In this document: positions 54,901 through 62,830 of the stretch, piece by piece | Layout of the letters: every line of letters starts with the position of its first letter | How positions within the stretch are numbered: position 1 is the first letter of the stretch | Assembly (NCBI RefSeq): GCF_018977255.1 | Contig: NW_024704742.1 | Span: 124,560,001 to 124,624,000, forward strand | DNA: 64,000 bases | Source: Callorhinchus milii | Lineage: Eukaryota | Reading direction: 5' to 3' | Position numbers and translations under genes: made by a program | The notes under the pieces: generated by a model | The model's database searches: none | The model's input: only the letters and a program-made list of their open reading frames with translations | Told to the model about the DNA's origin: nothing

Positions 54901-55956
54901 ATTTTTTCTGAATATTGTATATTACTGGCTAAATAAAAATGGTAGTTTATGTGTCAGCCTGGATCTGTTTGTAGCACCCTCGCCTCTGAGTCAGAAGGTC
55001 CATGATTTTGAACTCATATAGTCTTATCTGACACTCCAGTGGAGCGCTGGAGGTGTGCTGCATTGGTGGATATACTATCCTTCAAATGAGATGTTAAAAC
55101 ACGGTTGTCTTCCTGTTCAAGTGGATATTACAGATCCCATGGCACAATTTGAAAAGAGAATTTTCCCACTGCCCCACCCATTTAATCCTCAAAATACATG
55201 GCTGTTTGTGGGATATTGCTGGGTACAAATTAGCCACTGTGTTCACCTACAAGTGCCACCGAACAATACACTAATTCCTGTGAAGAGCCATGAAACATCC
55301 TCCTGAAGTGAAAGGTGCTATATCAAATTGAAGGATTCTTATTATTATTAAGGCAGATCCTGCTGACCTCACACCATAACCTTTTTTTTTGTGAGACAAA
55401 TATCTTGCTACATTGTGTGCTCATACCTTCTGGAAAACCGTGAATTTCCTTAAGCATTATTGACTCACACCGGTAGGGAACAATCCAGTCACAACAACAG
55501 CAACAACAACTTGCATTTATATAGCGCCCCCTCAGGCAGGGTGGCGTCCAACAGTGCTTGTATCCACTTTATATCGCGTGTTAAAAAATAATGATGAATT
55601 GCTGTTATTTCCTGTTTTTTCCTTACCTGCCCAACAGTCTCATTGCCATAAGGGATCACGTCCTTCTTGCAGTTCGTCAGGAATATATCCTCCTGGGAGA
55701 TCAAATTCTGTTCCTCCAGCCAGGCGACGAGATTGCAGTCATCCCCCCTCTCAGTGGGGGCTAGCTTTTGGGATACGTATGCAGGTATGTCCAACTTCTC
55801 CTCAAATATGGGATCAATCACAGCAGGACGCACGTTATAATTCCTGATTGATTCTTTAATTTTAGCCAGGTCCAATGATTCAGTTGATCCCTGATGTTTG
55901 AACTTCCCTTTTTGTCTGCTTCCTCGTAGTCTGGAGTCTCTGTTATAAGGAGCCAT
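5700..55956 (-). CDS. Voltage-gated sodium channel alpha subunit, Nav2 (DSC1/BSC1/NaCP60E-like) type; 19 coding exons in window, incomplete at 3' end (continues below position 1)
   Basis: Exons join in frame to 1111 codons covering N-terminus, DI S1-S6, DII S1-S6 and DIII S1-S4. All introns are GT-AG except one AT-AC. Pore motifs are TLDYWEN (DI) and CGEWIEP (DII). Confidence 0.93.
8670..8843 (-). CDS. Channel exon 18, DIII S2-S3 (TLDDKYSR...FNMEMVFK...[15 protein letters not shown])
   Basis: 174-nt phase 0-0 exon, YFTNxWxxLDF motif; not in ORF track. Confidence 0.97.
9167..9357. mobile_element. Short element with about 40-bp imperfect terminal inverted repeats (MITE-like)
   Basis: cttgggtcaattttgtgtatttcttaatgcaatttct versus reverse complement of agaaatcccattaagaaacgtagcaaatttgatcacaag. 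Confidence 0.5.
9478..9567. repeat. Direct tandem duplication, 45 bp x2
   Basis: cattggaatggattagaagggaaaag(a/g)aca(t/c)ttgacaagtttttt repeated. Confidence 0.9.
9945..10375 (+). mobile_element. Deu-domain SINE (SacSINE1/AmnSINE1-like), family B
   Basis: tRNA-like head gtcagcctggctcagttggtagcactc; central GTTAAA..GAGG...TTAAAGATC.CATG..CT..TT.GAA core; shared 3' tail. Confidence 0.75.
12170..12625 (-). mobile_element. Degenerate CR1 LINE fragment
   Basis: ORF 12277-12486 ...[23 protein letters not shown]. Confidence 0.8.
13622..14037 (-). mobile_element. Deu-domain SINE family B
   Basis: Reverse match to head (gtgctgctaactgagc, ttctgactcagaggcg) and core. Confidence 0.72.
14761..15120 (-). 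CDS. Channel exon 17, II-III linker end and DIII S1 (LETLEEVQ...DPCFP...[22 protein letters not shown])
   Basis: PCFP and FxxxxLFVILLS motifs; donor CTG|gtaagt. Confidence 0.95.
15786..15964 (-). CDS. Channel exon 16, II-III linker ([14 protein letters not shown]...ENGSAVVM)
   Basis: ttttttcgtag acceptor, ATG|gtaata donor; phase 1-0 bridges exons 15 and 17. Confidence 0.78.
16942..17188 (-). CDS. Channel exon 15, DII S6b and start of II-III linker ([16 protein letters not shown]...KCTT)
   Basis: [10 protein letters not shown] motif; donor A|gtaaga, phase 1. Confidence 0.93.
17243..17601 (-). mobile_element. tRNA-derived SINE family A
   Basis: Same head and core; (AAT)n tail. Confidence 0.88.
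17925..18107 (-). CDS. Channel exon 14, DII pore loop and S6a ([40 protein letters not shown]...AGNFL)
   Basis: Filter Glu in CGEWIE; PRW motif; phase 0-0; not in supplied ORF track. Confidence 0.98.
18704..18871 (-). CDS. Channel exon 13, DII S4b-S5 ([17 protein letters not shown]...GNLT...[12 protein letters not shown])
   Basis: [14 protein letters not shown] motif; phase 0-0; not in supplied ORF track. Confidence 0.97.
21774..21959 (-). CDS. Channel exon 12, DII S2-S4a ([13 protein letters not shown]...[10 protein letters not shown]...LSMIRSLRM)
   Basis: GWNxFDFIIV motif; phase 0-0. Confidence 0.97.
22030..22445 (+). mobile_element. Deu-domain SINE family B
   Basis: Head and gatgccgtcctttggatgag...aaagatcccatggcac core. 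Confidence 0.75.
24101..24348 (-). CDS. Channel exon 11, end of I-II linker and DII S1 (...[10 protein letters not shown]...[21 protein letters not shown]...GNT)
   Basis: WxCC and ITICIxxNTL motifs; AG/GT bounded. Confidence 0.96.
25853..25970 (-). CDS. Channel exon 10, I-II linker ([39 protein letters not shown])
   Basis: ttcttttctag acceptor, A|gtgagt donor; phase 0-1 bridges exons 9 and 11 exactly. Confidence 0.8.
26924..27112 (-). CDS. Channel exon 9, DI S6 ([39 protein letters not shown]...KEKM)
   Basis: NLxLAVVAxSY motif; phase 0-0; donor ATG|gtaagg. Confidence 0.95.
28651..28795 (-). CDS. Channel exon 8, DI pore loop (RCPTNFTC...[34 protein letters not shown])
   Basis: NPNxGYTxFD motif and filter Asp in TLDYWEN; AG/GT bounded. 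Confidence 0.98.
29139..30276 (-). mobile_element. L2 LINE fragment interrupted by a SINE (insert 29752-30045)
   Basis: Both halves are collinear with the L2 copy at 61769-62540; [18 protein letters not shown]. Confidence 0.85.
29752..30045 (-). mobile_element. tRNA-derived SINE family A
   Basis: Reverse-complement match to 30281-30589. Confidence 0.88.
30281..30589 (+). mobile_element. tRNA-derived SINE, family A (A-box TAGCTCAGTGG, B-box-like GGTTTGATTCC, 3' GCAAGGA(TTA)n tail)
   Basis: Full-length copy; many related copies in window. Confidence 0.9.
32990..33670 (+). mobile_element. Degenerate L2 LINE 3' fragment
   Basis: [30 protein letters not shown] tail. Confidence 0.8.
33877..33937. 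repeat. (AAT)n microsatellite, about 20 units, derived from SINE tail
   Basis: Direct reading. Confidence 0.95.
33877..34238 (-). mobile_element. tRNA-derived SINE family A with expanded tail
   Basis: Same head and core. Confidence 0.88.
34421..34481 (-). CDS. Channel exon 7, DI turret ([19 protein letters not shown])
   Basis: atttcacag acceptor, GG|gtgagt donor, CGN motif, phase 1-2. Confidence 0.92.
35447..35650 (-). CDS. Channel exon 6, DI S4-5 linker, S5 and turret ([12 protein letters not shown]...[15 protein letters not shown]...IQNQ)
   Basis: AG/GT bounded, GLKTI and [16 protein letters not shown] motifs. Confidence 0.97.
37668..37945 (-). mobile_element. L2 LINE fragment
   Basis: [27 protein letters not shown]. 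Confidence 0.85.
39750..39830. repeat. AT-rich low-complexity minisatellite (TATACACAT/TATACTAT units)
   Basis: Direct reading. Confidence 0.7.
40625..40710 (-). CDS. Channel exon 5, DI S3-S4 ([28 protein letters not shown])
   Basis: ttttgcag acceptor, G|gtgaga donor, S4 RxxRxxK pattern, phase 2-1. Confidence 0.95.
41447..41575 (-). CDS. Channel exon 4, DI S2-S3 ([20 protein letters not shown]...[16 protein letters not shown])
   Basis: AG/GT bounded, 129 nt, E..K and WNWLDF motifs. Confidence 0.97.
42788..42868 (-). CDS. Channel exon 3, DI S1 ([26 protein letters not shown])
   Basis: AC acceptor, donor GA|gtaagt, hydrophobic S1, phase 2-2. Confidence 0.93.
42869..43604 (-). other. U12-type (minor spliceosome) AT-AC intron, 736 nt
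   Basis: 5' ATATCCTTTT; branch site TTTTCCTTAAT about 10 nt before terminal AC; only this junction keeps the frame. Confidence 0.93.
43605..43732 (-). CDS. Channel exon 2 ([43 protein letters not shown])
   Basis: Acceptor tttttcag; conserved Nav pre-S1 segment; ends at U12 donor ATATCCTTT. Confidence 0.95.
48913..49230 (-). mobile_element. tRNA-derived SINE family A
   Basis: Same head and core. Confidence 0.88.
50669..50681 (-). promoter_or_regulatory. ACTACAAyTCCCA promoter motif (ZNF143/THAP11-associated)
   Basis: Plus-strand TGGGAGTTGTAGT = ACTACAACTCCCA, 14 nt before the MOCS2A ATG. Confidence 0.7.
50696..50707 (+). CDS. MOCS2: MOCS2 exon 1 coding part (MTAE)
   Basis: ATG ACG GCC GAG|gtacag in CpG island; phase 0 joins exon 2. 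Confidence 0.8.
50696..55764 (+). CDS. MOCS2: Molybdopterin synthase sulfur-carrier (small) subunit MOCS2A, complete, 86 aa; exons 50696-50707, 54652-54773, 55638-55764
   Basis: Spliced translation [97 protein letters not shown] and the C-terminal PPxSGG di-glycine are MoaD/MOCS2A hallmarks. GT-AG sites in compatible phases. Confidence 0.96.
50888..51045. repeat. GC-rich minisatellite, 36-37 bp unit CAGCTGTCAATCAGCGCCTCCCGCCCCGCCCCCCCG, about 4.4 copies
   Basis: CAGCTGTCAATCA at 50888, 50924, 50960, 50997, 51033. Confidence 0.95.
51140..51510 (+). mobile_element. Deu-domain SINE family B (CpG-retaining copy beside the CpG island)
   Basis: ggaggtgccgtcctttgggtgagacgttaaaacgagg...ttaaagattcccatggcactattcg. 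Confidence 0.75.
52700..52966 (-). mobile_element. tRNA-derived SINE family A (5'-truncated head)
   Basis: Same core. Confidence 0.85.
53820..54260 (+). mobile_element. Deu-domain SINE family B
   Basis: Head tggctcaattgtagcactttcgcctccgagtcagaaggttgtgggttcaagcccc plus core and tail. Confidence 0.78.
54652..54773 (+). CDS. MOCS2: MOCS2 exon 2 ([40 protein letters not shown])
   Basis: T-rich acceptor aaaacag, AG|gtagaa donor, MOCS2A similarity. Confidence 0.96.
54952..55350 (+). mobile_element. Deu-domain SINE family B
   Basis: Same head, core and tail. Confidence 0.75.
55627..55956 (-). CDS. Nav2-like channel, putative coding exon 1 (MAPYNR...[35 protein letters not shown]...NETVGQ)
   Basis: ATG at 55956 preceded by acceptor ttttgtggttgcag (exon would start at 55977); 110 open codons; strong phase-0 donor CAG|GTAAGG matching phase-0 exon 2. 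T-ESL and DPxFExxxxIP resemble conserved Nav N-terminal motifs. Overlaps MOCS2 exon 3 antisense. Confidence 0.65.
55638..55784 (+). CDS. MOCS2: MOCS2 exon 3 (MOCS2A C-terminus, stop 55762-55764, then 20 nt spacer)
   Basis: Acceptor cccaacag, donor CAG|gtatgt, LAVRQEY...[14 protein letters not shown]. Confidence 0.96.
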
Positions 55957-56644
55957 ACTGTTCTGTATGTAGCTTCACTGCAACCACAAAACATTAGTAA
56001 AAAATGAATGCAGTAAGTAATACATTTAAAAAAAAGTTAATTGCCAATGTTTTAAAGTATTATAGTAATAATAATAAACCTAACATTTGGTGGAGCACTT
56101 TTCACACTTTTCACATTCACTTTACATTGTAAAATTCAGTGACTTTGTGTTTTGTGGGTGAACACGACAGCTAATTTGTGCACAACAGTGTCCCACAAAC
56201 AGCCATGAAGTGAATGACCAATTTTATTTGGTGGGATACTGAGAGAAATTCCCTTCTCTTTTCCATGGGATCTTTAATATCCACCTGAACAGGCAGACAG
56301 GGCCTCAGATTAACTTCTCATCTGATGGATGGTATCTCCAACAATGCAGCACATCCCCAGCACTGCATTGTAGGCCTCGAATAAGGGGAACTTTCCTTTG
56401 TAAAGTGTGGGATGTCAGGATTTGACTATGGAACATTTTCCACTCTTTGACCTGTTTTTATTTGATTTAACACACACGAACAGCACGTGCAACACATGCA
56501 CAACACAGCCATCGCCATGATAAAAAAGTATTCAAACCTTTGCAACCATAAATCTACAGATATCAAATTCATACGGTAGATGTGCTTCACTGTTCATAAT
56601 TAGACATTGTACGAGTGGTCTCAATCAGAGAACTTGGTTCTCCC

Positions 56645-57140
56645 AACAACAACTTGGATTTACGTAGCGCCCCTCAAACAGGGTAGTGTCCCAGAGCGCT
56701 TGACAGTGGCAGACCACGACGCTGAGCCAGGGGGTGGGGGAGGTGAACTTAGGCACAGTTGGAGAGGAAGGTCTTTAGGCCCAACCTGAAAATGGAGAAG
56801 CAAGGTGGAGGGATAGAAGTAAAGTGTTCCAGAGTTTTGCGGCCTTGTGGCTGAAAGCGCGGTCACTGATGATGGAATGGAGGGCACAAGGCACATGCAG
56901 AGAGCCGGAGCCAGTCCGGAGGCAGCGGGTGGTGGGTTGGGGAGTGCCAGGGCCTGAAGGGATTTGAAGACGAGTGTGACGATATTGAAATTGATCTGTT
57001 TGGCAACAGGGAGCCAGTGGACCTTGGCTAGAACTGGTGTGGTGGAGGTACAGAGTTTAGTATGGGTGAGTATGCAGGCAGTGGAAATTTGGATCAGTTG
57101 GATTTTGTCGATGGTGGAGCTGGGGAGACCGGTGTCTGGG
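56645..57140 (-). mobile_element. L2 LINE 3' fragment in MOCS2 intron 3
   Basis: ORF 56660-57205 TPVLAKVHWLPVAKQINFNIVTLVFKSL; TTG tail. Confidence 0.8.
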
Positions 57141-57253
57141 AACAGTAAGAATTGCACAAAGAAGATTCCTGTAAAGATCACCGATGCAGTCCAAAAGGGA
57201 GACATTGATAGATTTTGTGATTTACACAGTTGTATCTTTTTTTTTCAGTGACC

Positions 57254-57374
57254 ATGCATGAGAGTGACGATGAGCCCAAGGACTTGATAAAAGTGACCTA
57301 TGAGAAGCTTTCCGCCGATGAAGTTTCAGAGTCAGTAAAATCTCCATCTTGTGGAGCTGTGTCTTTGTTTATAG
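57254..57374 (+). CDS. MOCS2: Molybdopterin synthase catalytic (large) subunit MOCS2B, first coding exon (exon 4 begins 57249); further exons not found in window
   Basis: MHESDDEPKDLIKVTYEKLSADEVSESVKSPSCGAVSLFIG matches the MoaE/MOCS2B EKLSxDEV...SPxCGAxSLFxG segment; tttttcag acceptor, G|gtaagt donor. Confidence 0.95.
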
Positions 57375-57821
57375 GTAAGTTCTACAACTAGAATTCCTGC
57401 CTGGTGTGGCTATTGGCATACTTTGTATTCTTATTCTTGGATTACTTTCTCTTTTCAAATAGTGTCCCGGGATCTAAAATGTTCACCCGCACAAACAGAT
57501 GGGCACTTCGTTTAAAATCTCATTTGAAGGATGGGATTTGAGACAATGCATCTCTTCCCCAGCTCTGCACTGGAATGATAGCCTATACTATGAGCTCCAA
57601 GCCCTGATGTGCGGCCTGAACCCACAACATTCTGACCTAGAGTTGAGAGTGCTACCAACTGAACTAGGCTTACACATAAACACAATAGCAAACAATGGCT
57701 CAAACAATGTTTAAAGTTTGCAGTTTTTCCAATTCATTTTTTTAAATACACTTTCACATTTTTGCGTTTCCTAAAATATCTTACACAATTTTCAAGTGTG
57801 CAAAAATACGCTGGAATATCA

Positions 57822-58230
57822 TTCAGCTTTAGTGGTAGTACTCTTCCCCTCTTGAGTCAGAAGGTTGTGGGTTCAAGCCCCACAAAGGCATTTTAGGCTA
57901 ACACTCTGATACAGTGCTGAGAGATAATGCTGCACTGTCCAAGGTATTGTCCTTGAACTAAGGTCCAATTTGCCTAAGAAGATGGATGTTGAAGGCCCCA
58001 TGACACTACTGAAAAAGAGAAGGAAATTTCTTCTGGTATCCTTCCCAACATTGCCCTAAATATAATTAGTCAGTCACTTCATAGCTGTCACTTGTTTGTT
58101 TATGGGACATTGCTGTGTGCAAATTGGTGACAACATTTATCTGCAATAAATGCTACAACACTTCATGGATGAAGTGCTTTGAGACATCTTGGTAACGAGG
58201 TAAGGTGCTAAATCAAATGCGACGATTTTT
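57822..58230 (+). mobile_element. Deu-domain SINE family B
   Basis: Same head, core and tail. Confidence 0.72.
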
Positions 58231-60129
58231 TAAAAAATAGCTCCGAAGTATGAGAGATAGTAGCATTTGTGTTTTGCATATAGTTAAGAGTTGTTGAGGG
58301 ATGCAGAAATATTTAATGAGAAAAGGGAAACCAAGTTTCTTATTGGCTGCTTGGGGAAGGAAAAGGAAGCTGTAATTTGGGTCGTTTTATTGACATTCAT
58401 TTTCATCAGCATATTCTTATCATTGTTGTCTCCACATCACATGAAATGTGCTGCAAAAGTGGCAGCCAAGTTGTTCTTGAATATCTTGATTGACTTTGAT
58501 ACTTATCCCAACTTGCAGCTTTAGATGCTCAGATTCTTTCTCCACTTATTACTTTCTCTCTATCACTGCTGGGACTTGGTAAAAGCTCTGAGACTACCTT
58601 AATATCTCGCACAAAGCAAAAGATGAGATCCTGGTATGTAGCTGCTGGGAGTTTATATGTAAATTTGTGTCCATTACTGGCATTTGCTCTCTGCTCTGTT
58701 GTAGTAGCTTCAGGTGTCTTTCCTACATCTGATTTACAGAGGTATCTGTAATGTACTTATACAATGCAGCACCTAGAGTCTAGTTCCAAAAATATAATCT
58801 GGGATAATAATCATAAATCACATGAAGCGCTTTGGAATGTCCTCCTGCCATGCAAGGCGCTATAACAAACAGAATGTTATTATTATTATTATTTAAGCAT
58901 AGCTGCTATTAGTATTTCTCCCGAATGATTTGAATGCACTTCTTGATAAAGAAACTAACTAAAGGCACTGCATAGCTGTCAAAATCAAATCATTGGCAAC
59001 AGTCCAAGTTGTGAAGAAAACACTGAAATGGAGACCAGCATATTTTTGAAATAATGTGTCAACAGATTTAGGTCACTTTGTGTGAACCTGCGAGTCTCAT
59101 TAAAAATATATGAAGTCTGACTTGTCTGTTGGTCACATGCTCATCGTAGTTTTTCTATGGCTGGCTGTCATCCTAGATTGTGGTGATGTAATTGTCCTAC
59201 CCCCTGTCTGTTGGAAGAATGGTATAGTAGAAACATCATGAATAAGTCTGTGTTAGTGACTGCCCTCTTGGGGATGTGGGTGGGAGGGGGTGGTAATTAG
59301 GGTTTCCTTGGAGCCGAATAGAACATTGACAAGAGTGTGTTGGAGTGGGCCCCCATTCATTTAAGGCACTGATCATTGAAGAGCAGCCAGCCTGGCTCTT
59401 TGGCAGGACTTCAAAAGGCAGATCAGTCATAGAGGACATGCATTCTTCCCATTCGGTTCCTGTTAACTCTGCAAGACAAAGTTCTAAGATGGTCCAAGCT
59501 GGATAAGCAGCAGCCAGCACCCTCAAGCTATGTGGTTTTAGTTGGTTGAATTCTGGAGCACACTCTGGATATTGACCTTGGCTTTTGCAACCTGCACCTA
59601 ATTCTCTTCTGAATTGGATAAGCAGGAAAAGGGGGAGAGTAGGTTTTCCATGCATAGGGAAATTTCCATGCATAGATGACATGTATATGTGGAACTCTCA
59701 ATCTAGTTTGGATACTCTTAAGCATAGTGGATGGGTTTCCATGTATGTTATGTCTGGATGACTCCCCCCTGCGCAAAGTAAACTTGTTATAACTTTAATT
59801 TCTTGGAATTATAAATAAAAAAATAAGATTGTGGATTTCCGAGAGACAAAAGTTGTTTATGACTTCAAAACAAACGTATATGCATTGTTTTTCACAGAGC
59901 CTATTATTTTGTGTGTGATTTTAGTGTTTACGATAAAAATTGTGGGGGAAGCAACTAGAATAGAAATGAATACAAAGGTGGAGGATCTTCAAGAAAAGAA
60001 GACAGGATGGAAATGTTCCTCCGCCAAATATAAAGCTGTATAACCACATTTATAGCCAATCTCACTGTTTATATGTATTTATAGGCAAGAATTTGTGTTT
60101 GAATGATCAGTGGGTAAATAAATACATGG

Positions 60130-60515
60130 AGTGCTGGTGACCCACAAGATCACAGAATTAGTCTGGATGAAGAAGGTCCTTCGGCCCATTATATCTCATC
60201 CCTCCAGAACACCCACCCTACCAGCCCCCATTACCTCACCAAGTTGCTTTTCAAATGTCTTGTGTCCTGGCCTCCACCACCATTCCTGGCAGCCTGTTCC
60301 AGTCATTGATTACTCTCTATGTAAAGGAAAACTTTCTGGATACATTTTTTCAGTCCTGAAATTGCCCTTAATAACTTTAAACCTATGTCCTCTTGTTCGA
60401 TCCTGAAAGATTATTCTGGATTTTCTTTTTCAATCCCATTTAAAATTGTGTACATCTCTATGAGATCCAATCTGAGTCACCTTCTCTCAAGACAGAAGAA
60501 TCCTAGCTTCTAATT
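60130..60515 (-). mobile_element. Degenerate CR1 LINE 3' fragment
   Basis: Nucleotide similarity to 12170-12430 (gaaattgccct...cccatttaaaattgt...tcaagac.gaaga.c.cta). Confidence 0.65.
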
Positions 60516-61768
60516 GTTGCACATAGGTCGGTAGAAAGGTCTCAGGTTTGATCCCTAGTTTTTACTGAGTTAGCTGATCTATGTCGGGGTGGCAGTGTAG
60601 TACTGTAGAATCCCTGAGTTAGGGAGGAAACATATCAGGTTGAGTTTGTGCTTACTAATATTAATCAGTGATTAACTCTCTCCGTCCCCCTCCCTCCCTA
60701 ATTAAAAAATATGTGTGTGGAGACAATGATGAGGCCATGATCAGGCTTGGATGCTTATTCTAGATTTATTTGTGTTGGGGTTCAAAACAGACAAGCCTGA
60801 TGCTTTTTATCCTGTACACATTCGCCACAAATTTAACAATATTTAAAATTGCAAAACCAAATATTATTCGGTAAATATAATAATCTTTGCATTTGATATA
60901 GCACCTTTCACGTCAGTAGAATGATTCAAAGCATTCACTGTACAGTGCAGTGACTGTGCATTTTTGGAGCTGGACGAATGATAGGGTGCTACAATGTGCC
61001 ATTGATTTTTATTCACTGTTTCTGCTCTTTTAGTTTTGTTCAAATAATCTAAATTTAAATTGTTGCTGAGGGAATGTGTAAGATATGAACCAGCCACCAT
61101 TCATTTAAAATAATCAGCTGCACTATTTGATGTAGATAAGAAACTTGTCAGTTGGTTGTGGGAGTTTTATAGTTAGTCACCTAAGCTAGTTGTGATGAGC
61201 AAGATCACGCAATAGGAATGATATCGATGAATGCACAATAGCTTTATATTTGGCAAGTTGCTATGTTTTTTAGCTTGTCAGATTTGGAAAGCAACTTGGG
61301 CCTACCTAGTTTGTTTTTGGAGGCTTCCAGCCCTGACATTGTTAAAAGTTTCTGAAGTGAATTGCAGCACTGGATGTGTGCTGTGTTTAAGCAATACTGT
61401 CACACCTAATAGGGGCAGTGACTGCGCTATTATTGACATTGCAAACAATAGTTTTTAATCACAGTTGTTCAAATCCAGGATTGTTAACAATCACTCTTTT
61501 CTGTAAATGCTAAAGCAGCATCCATTATTTATTTACAAATTTCCATTGAATACTTTCTCAGATCATGTTTCGAGTCTAAAATATAAAATTTCATTCACAG
61601 TTTGCATTTGTTTACACTTGGTTTGAATTATTGAAGAGATGACAAGTGTAGTTACCCTTTGCATATGAAAACAGTATAATGTTGGCATGTCCGCCCTGTC
61701 ATTGAGAATTTATTTTAGGAGCGCTGCATGTACCTATTTTGCAATTCTAAAGTAAATTCTGTATATTC

Positions 61769-62830
61769 AACAACAACAAACAACAACAAAAGTACATTTG
61801 TATAATGCCTTTCACGTCGGAGGACATCCCAAGGCACTGGACAGACAAAGTTTCGGACCTGAGCTGGGGATCAAGGTTGGGGAGGGTGGAGGGCAGGGGG
61901 GGAAGCAGGGAGATCGAAAGCAGGGGACGTGAAGCAGGCCAGAGCCCGCTGAGCGAAGTGTGCGAGCAGGATGGTAGGGAGTTAGGAGGTTGCAGAGGTA
62001 AGGGAGTGCGCTTTGAAGGTGAGTACCAGGATCTTGAACTGTATCCTCTGGATGAGGGGAAGCCAGTGGAGTCGGGCGAGGATGGAGGTAATAGGGTCAG
62101 GAGCGTGGTGCAGTGTTCTGGATGATCTGCAGCCTGTGGAAGGAGGAGTTAGGGAGGCCGACAAGCAATGAGTTTGCATAGTTGAGCCTTGATGTAATGA
62201 AAGCATGTATGAGGGTTTCGGTGGCCTGCGGTGTGAGACAGTGGCGGAGGCGGGCGACGTTGCGGAGGTGGGGGAAGGCAGAGCGGGTCATGGCGCAGAT
62301 GTGGGGTAAAAGGATAATTGAAGGTCAAACAAGGCCCCAAGGTTCCGGACTGGCTTAGCAAGGTGGGGTGTGCAACCATGGATGGTGATGCTGTCAGCGC
62401 CTGAGATGAGGAGGCGCTGACAGGAGCCAATCAGGAGAGCCTCAGTCTTCATGACGTTCAACTGAAGAAAGTTAGCTCTCATCCAGGACTTGATGTCCGA
62501 CAGACATTCTGTCAGCACAGCAGTGGTCCTGGAGTCGAGGGTGGAGGCAGAGAGGTAGAGTTGGGTGTCATCCGCATACATGTGGAAGTTGACCCCATGT
62601 CTGCGGATGATGTCACCAAGAGGGAGCATATAGATATTATAGAGGAGGGAATCAAGGACAGAGCCCTGAGAAACGCCGCACGAGACGGTGCGGGGGATAG
62701 ATGAGAAACCGTTTGTGGAGATGAAGTGGAGGTGGTGTGAGAGGTATGATCTTAACCAATCAAGGACAGAGCCGTGAAGGTTGAGGTGAGAGGAGAGGCA
62801 GTGGATGAGGATAGAGTGATCGAAAGTGTT
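61769..62830 (-). mobile_element. L2-type LINE 3' fragment with RT domain
   Basis: ORF 62288-62854 contains GVSQGSVL...FHMYADDTQLY and WMRANFLQLN; downstream LARLHWLP...IQFKIL; (TTG)n tail. Confidence 0.93.
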
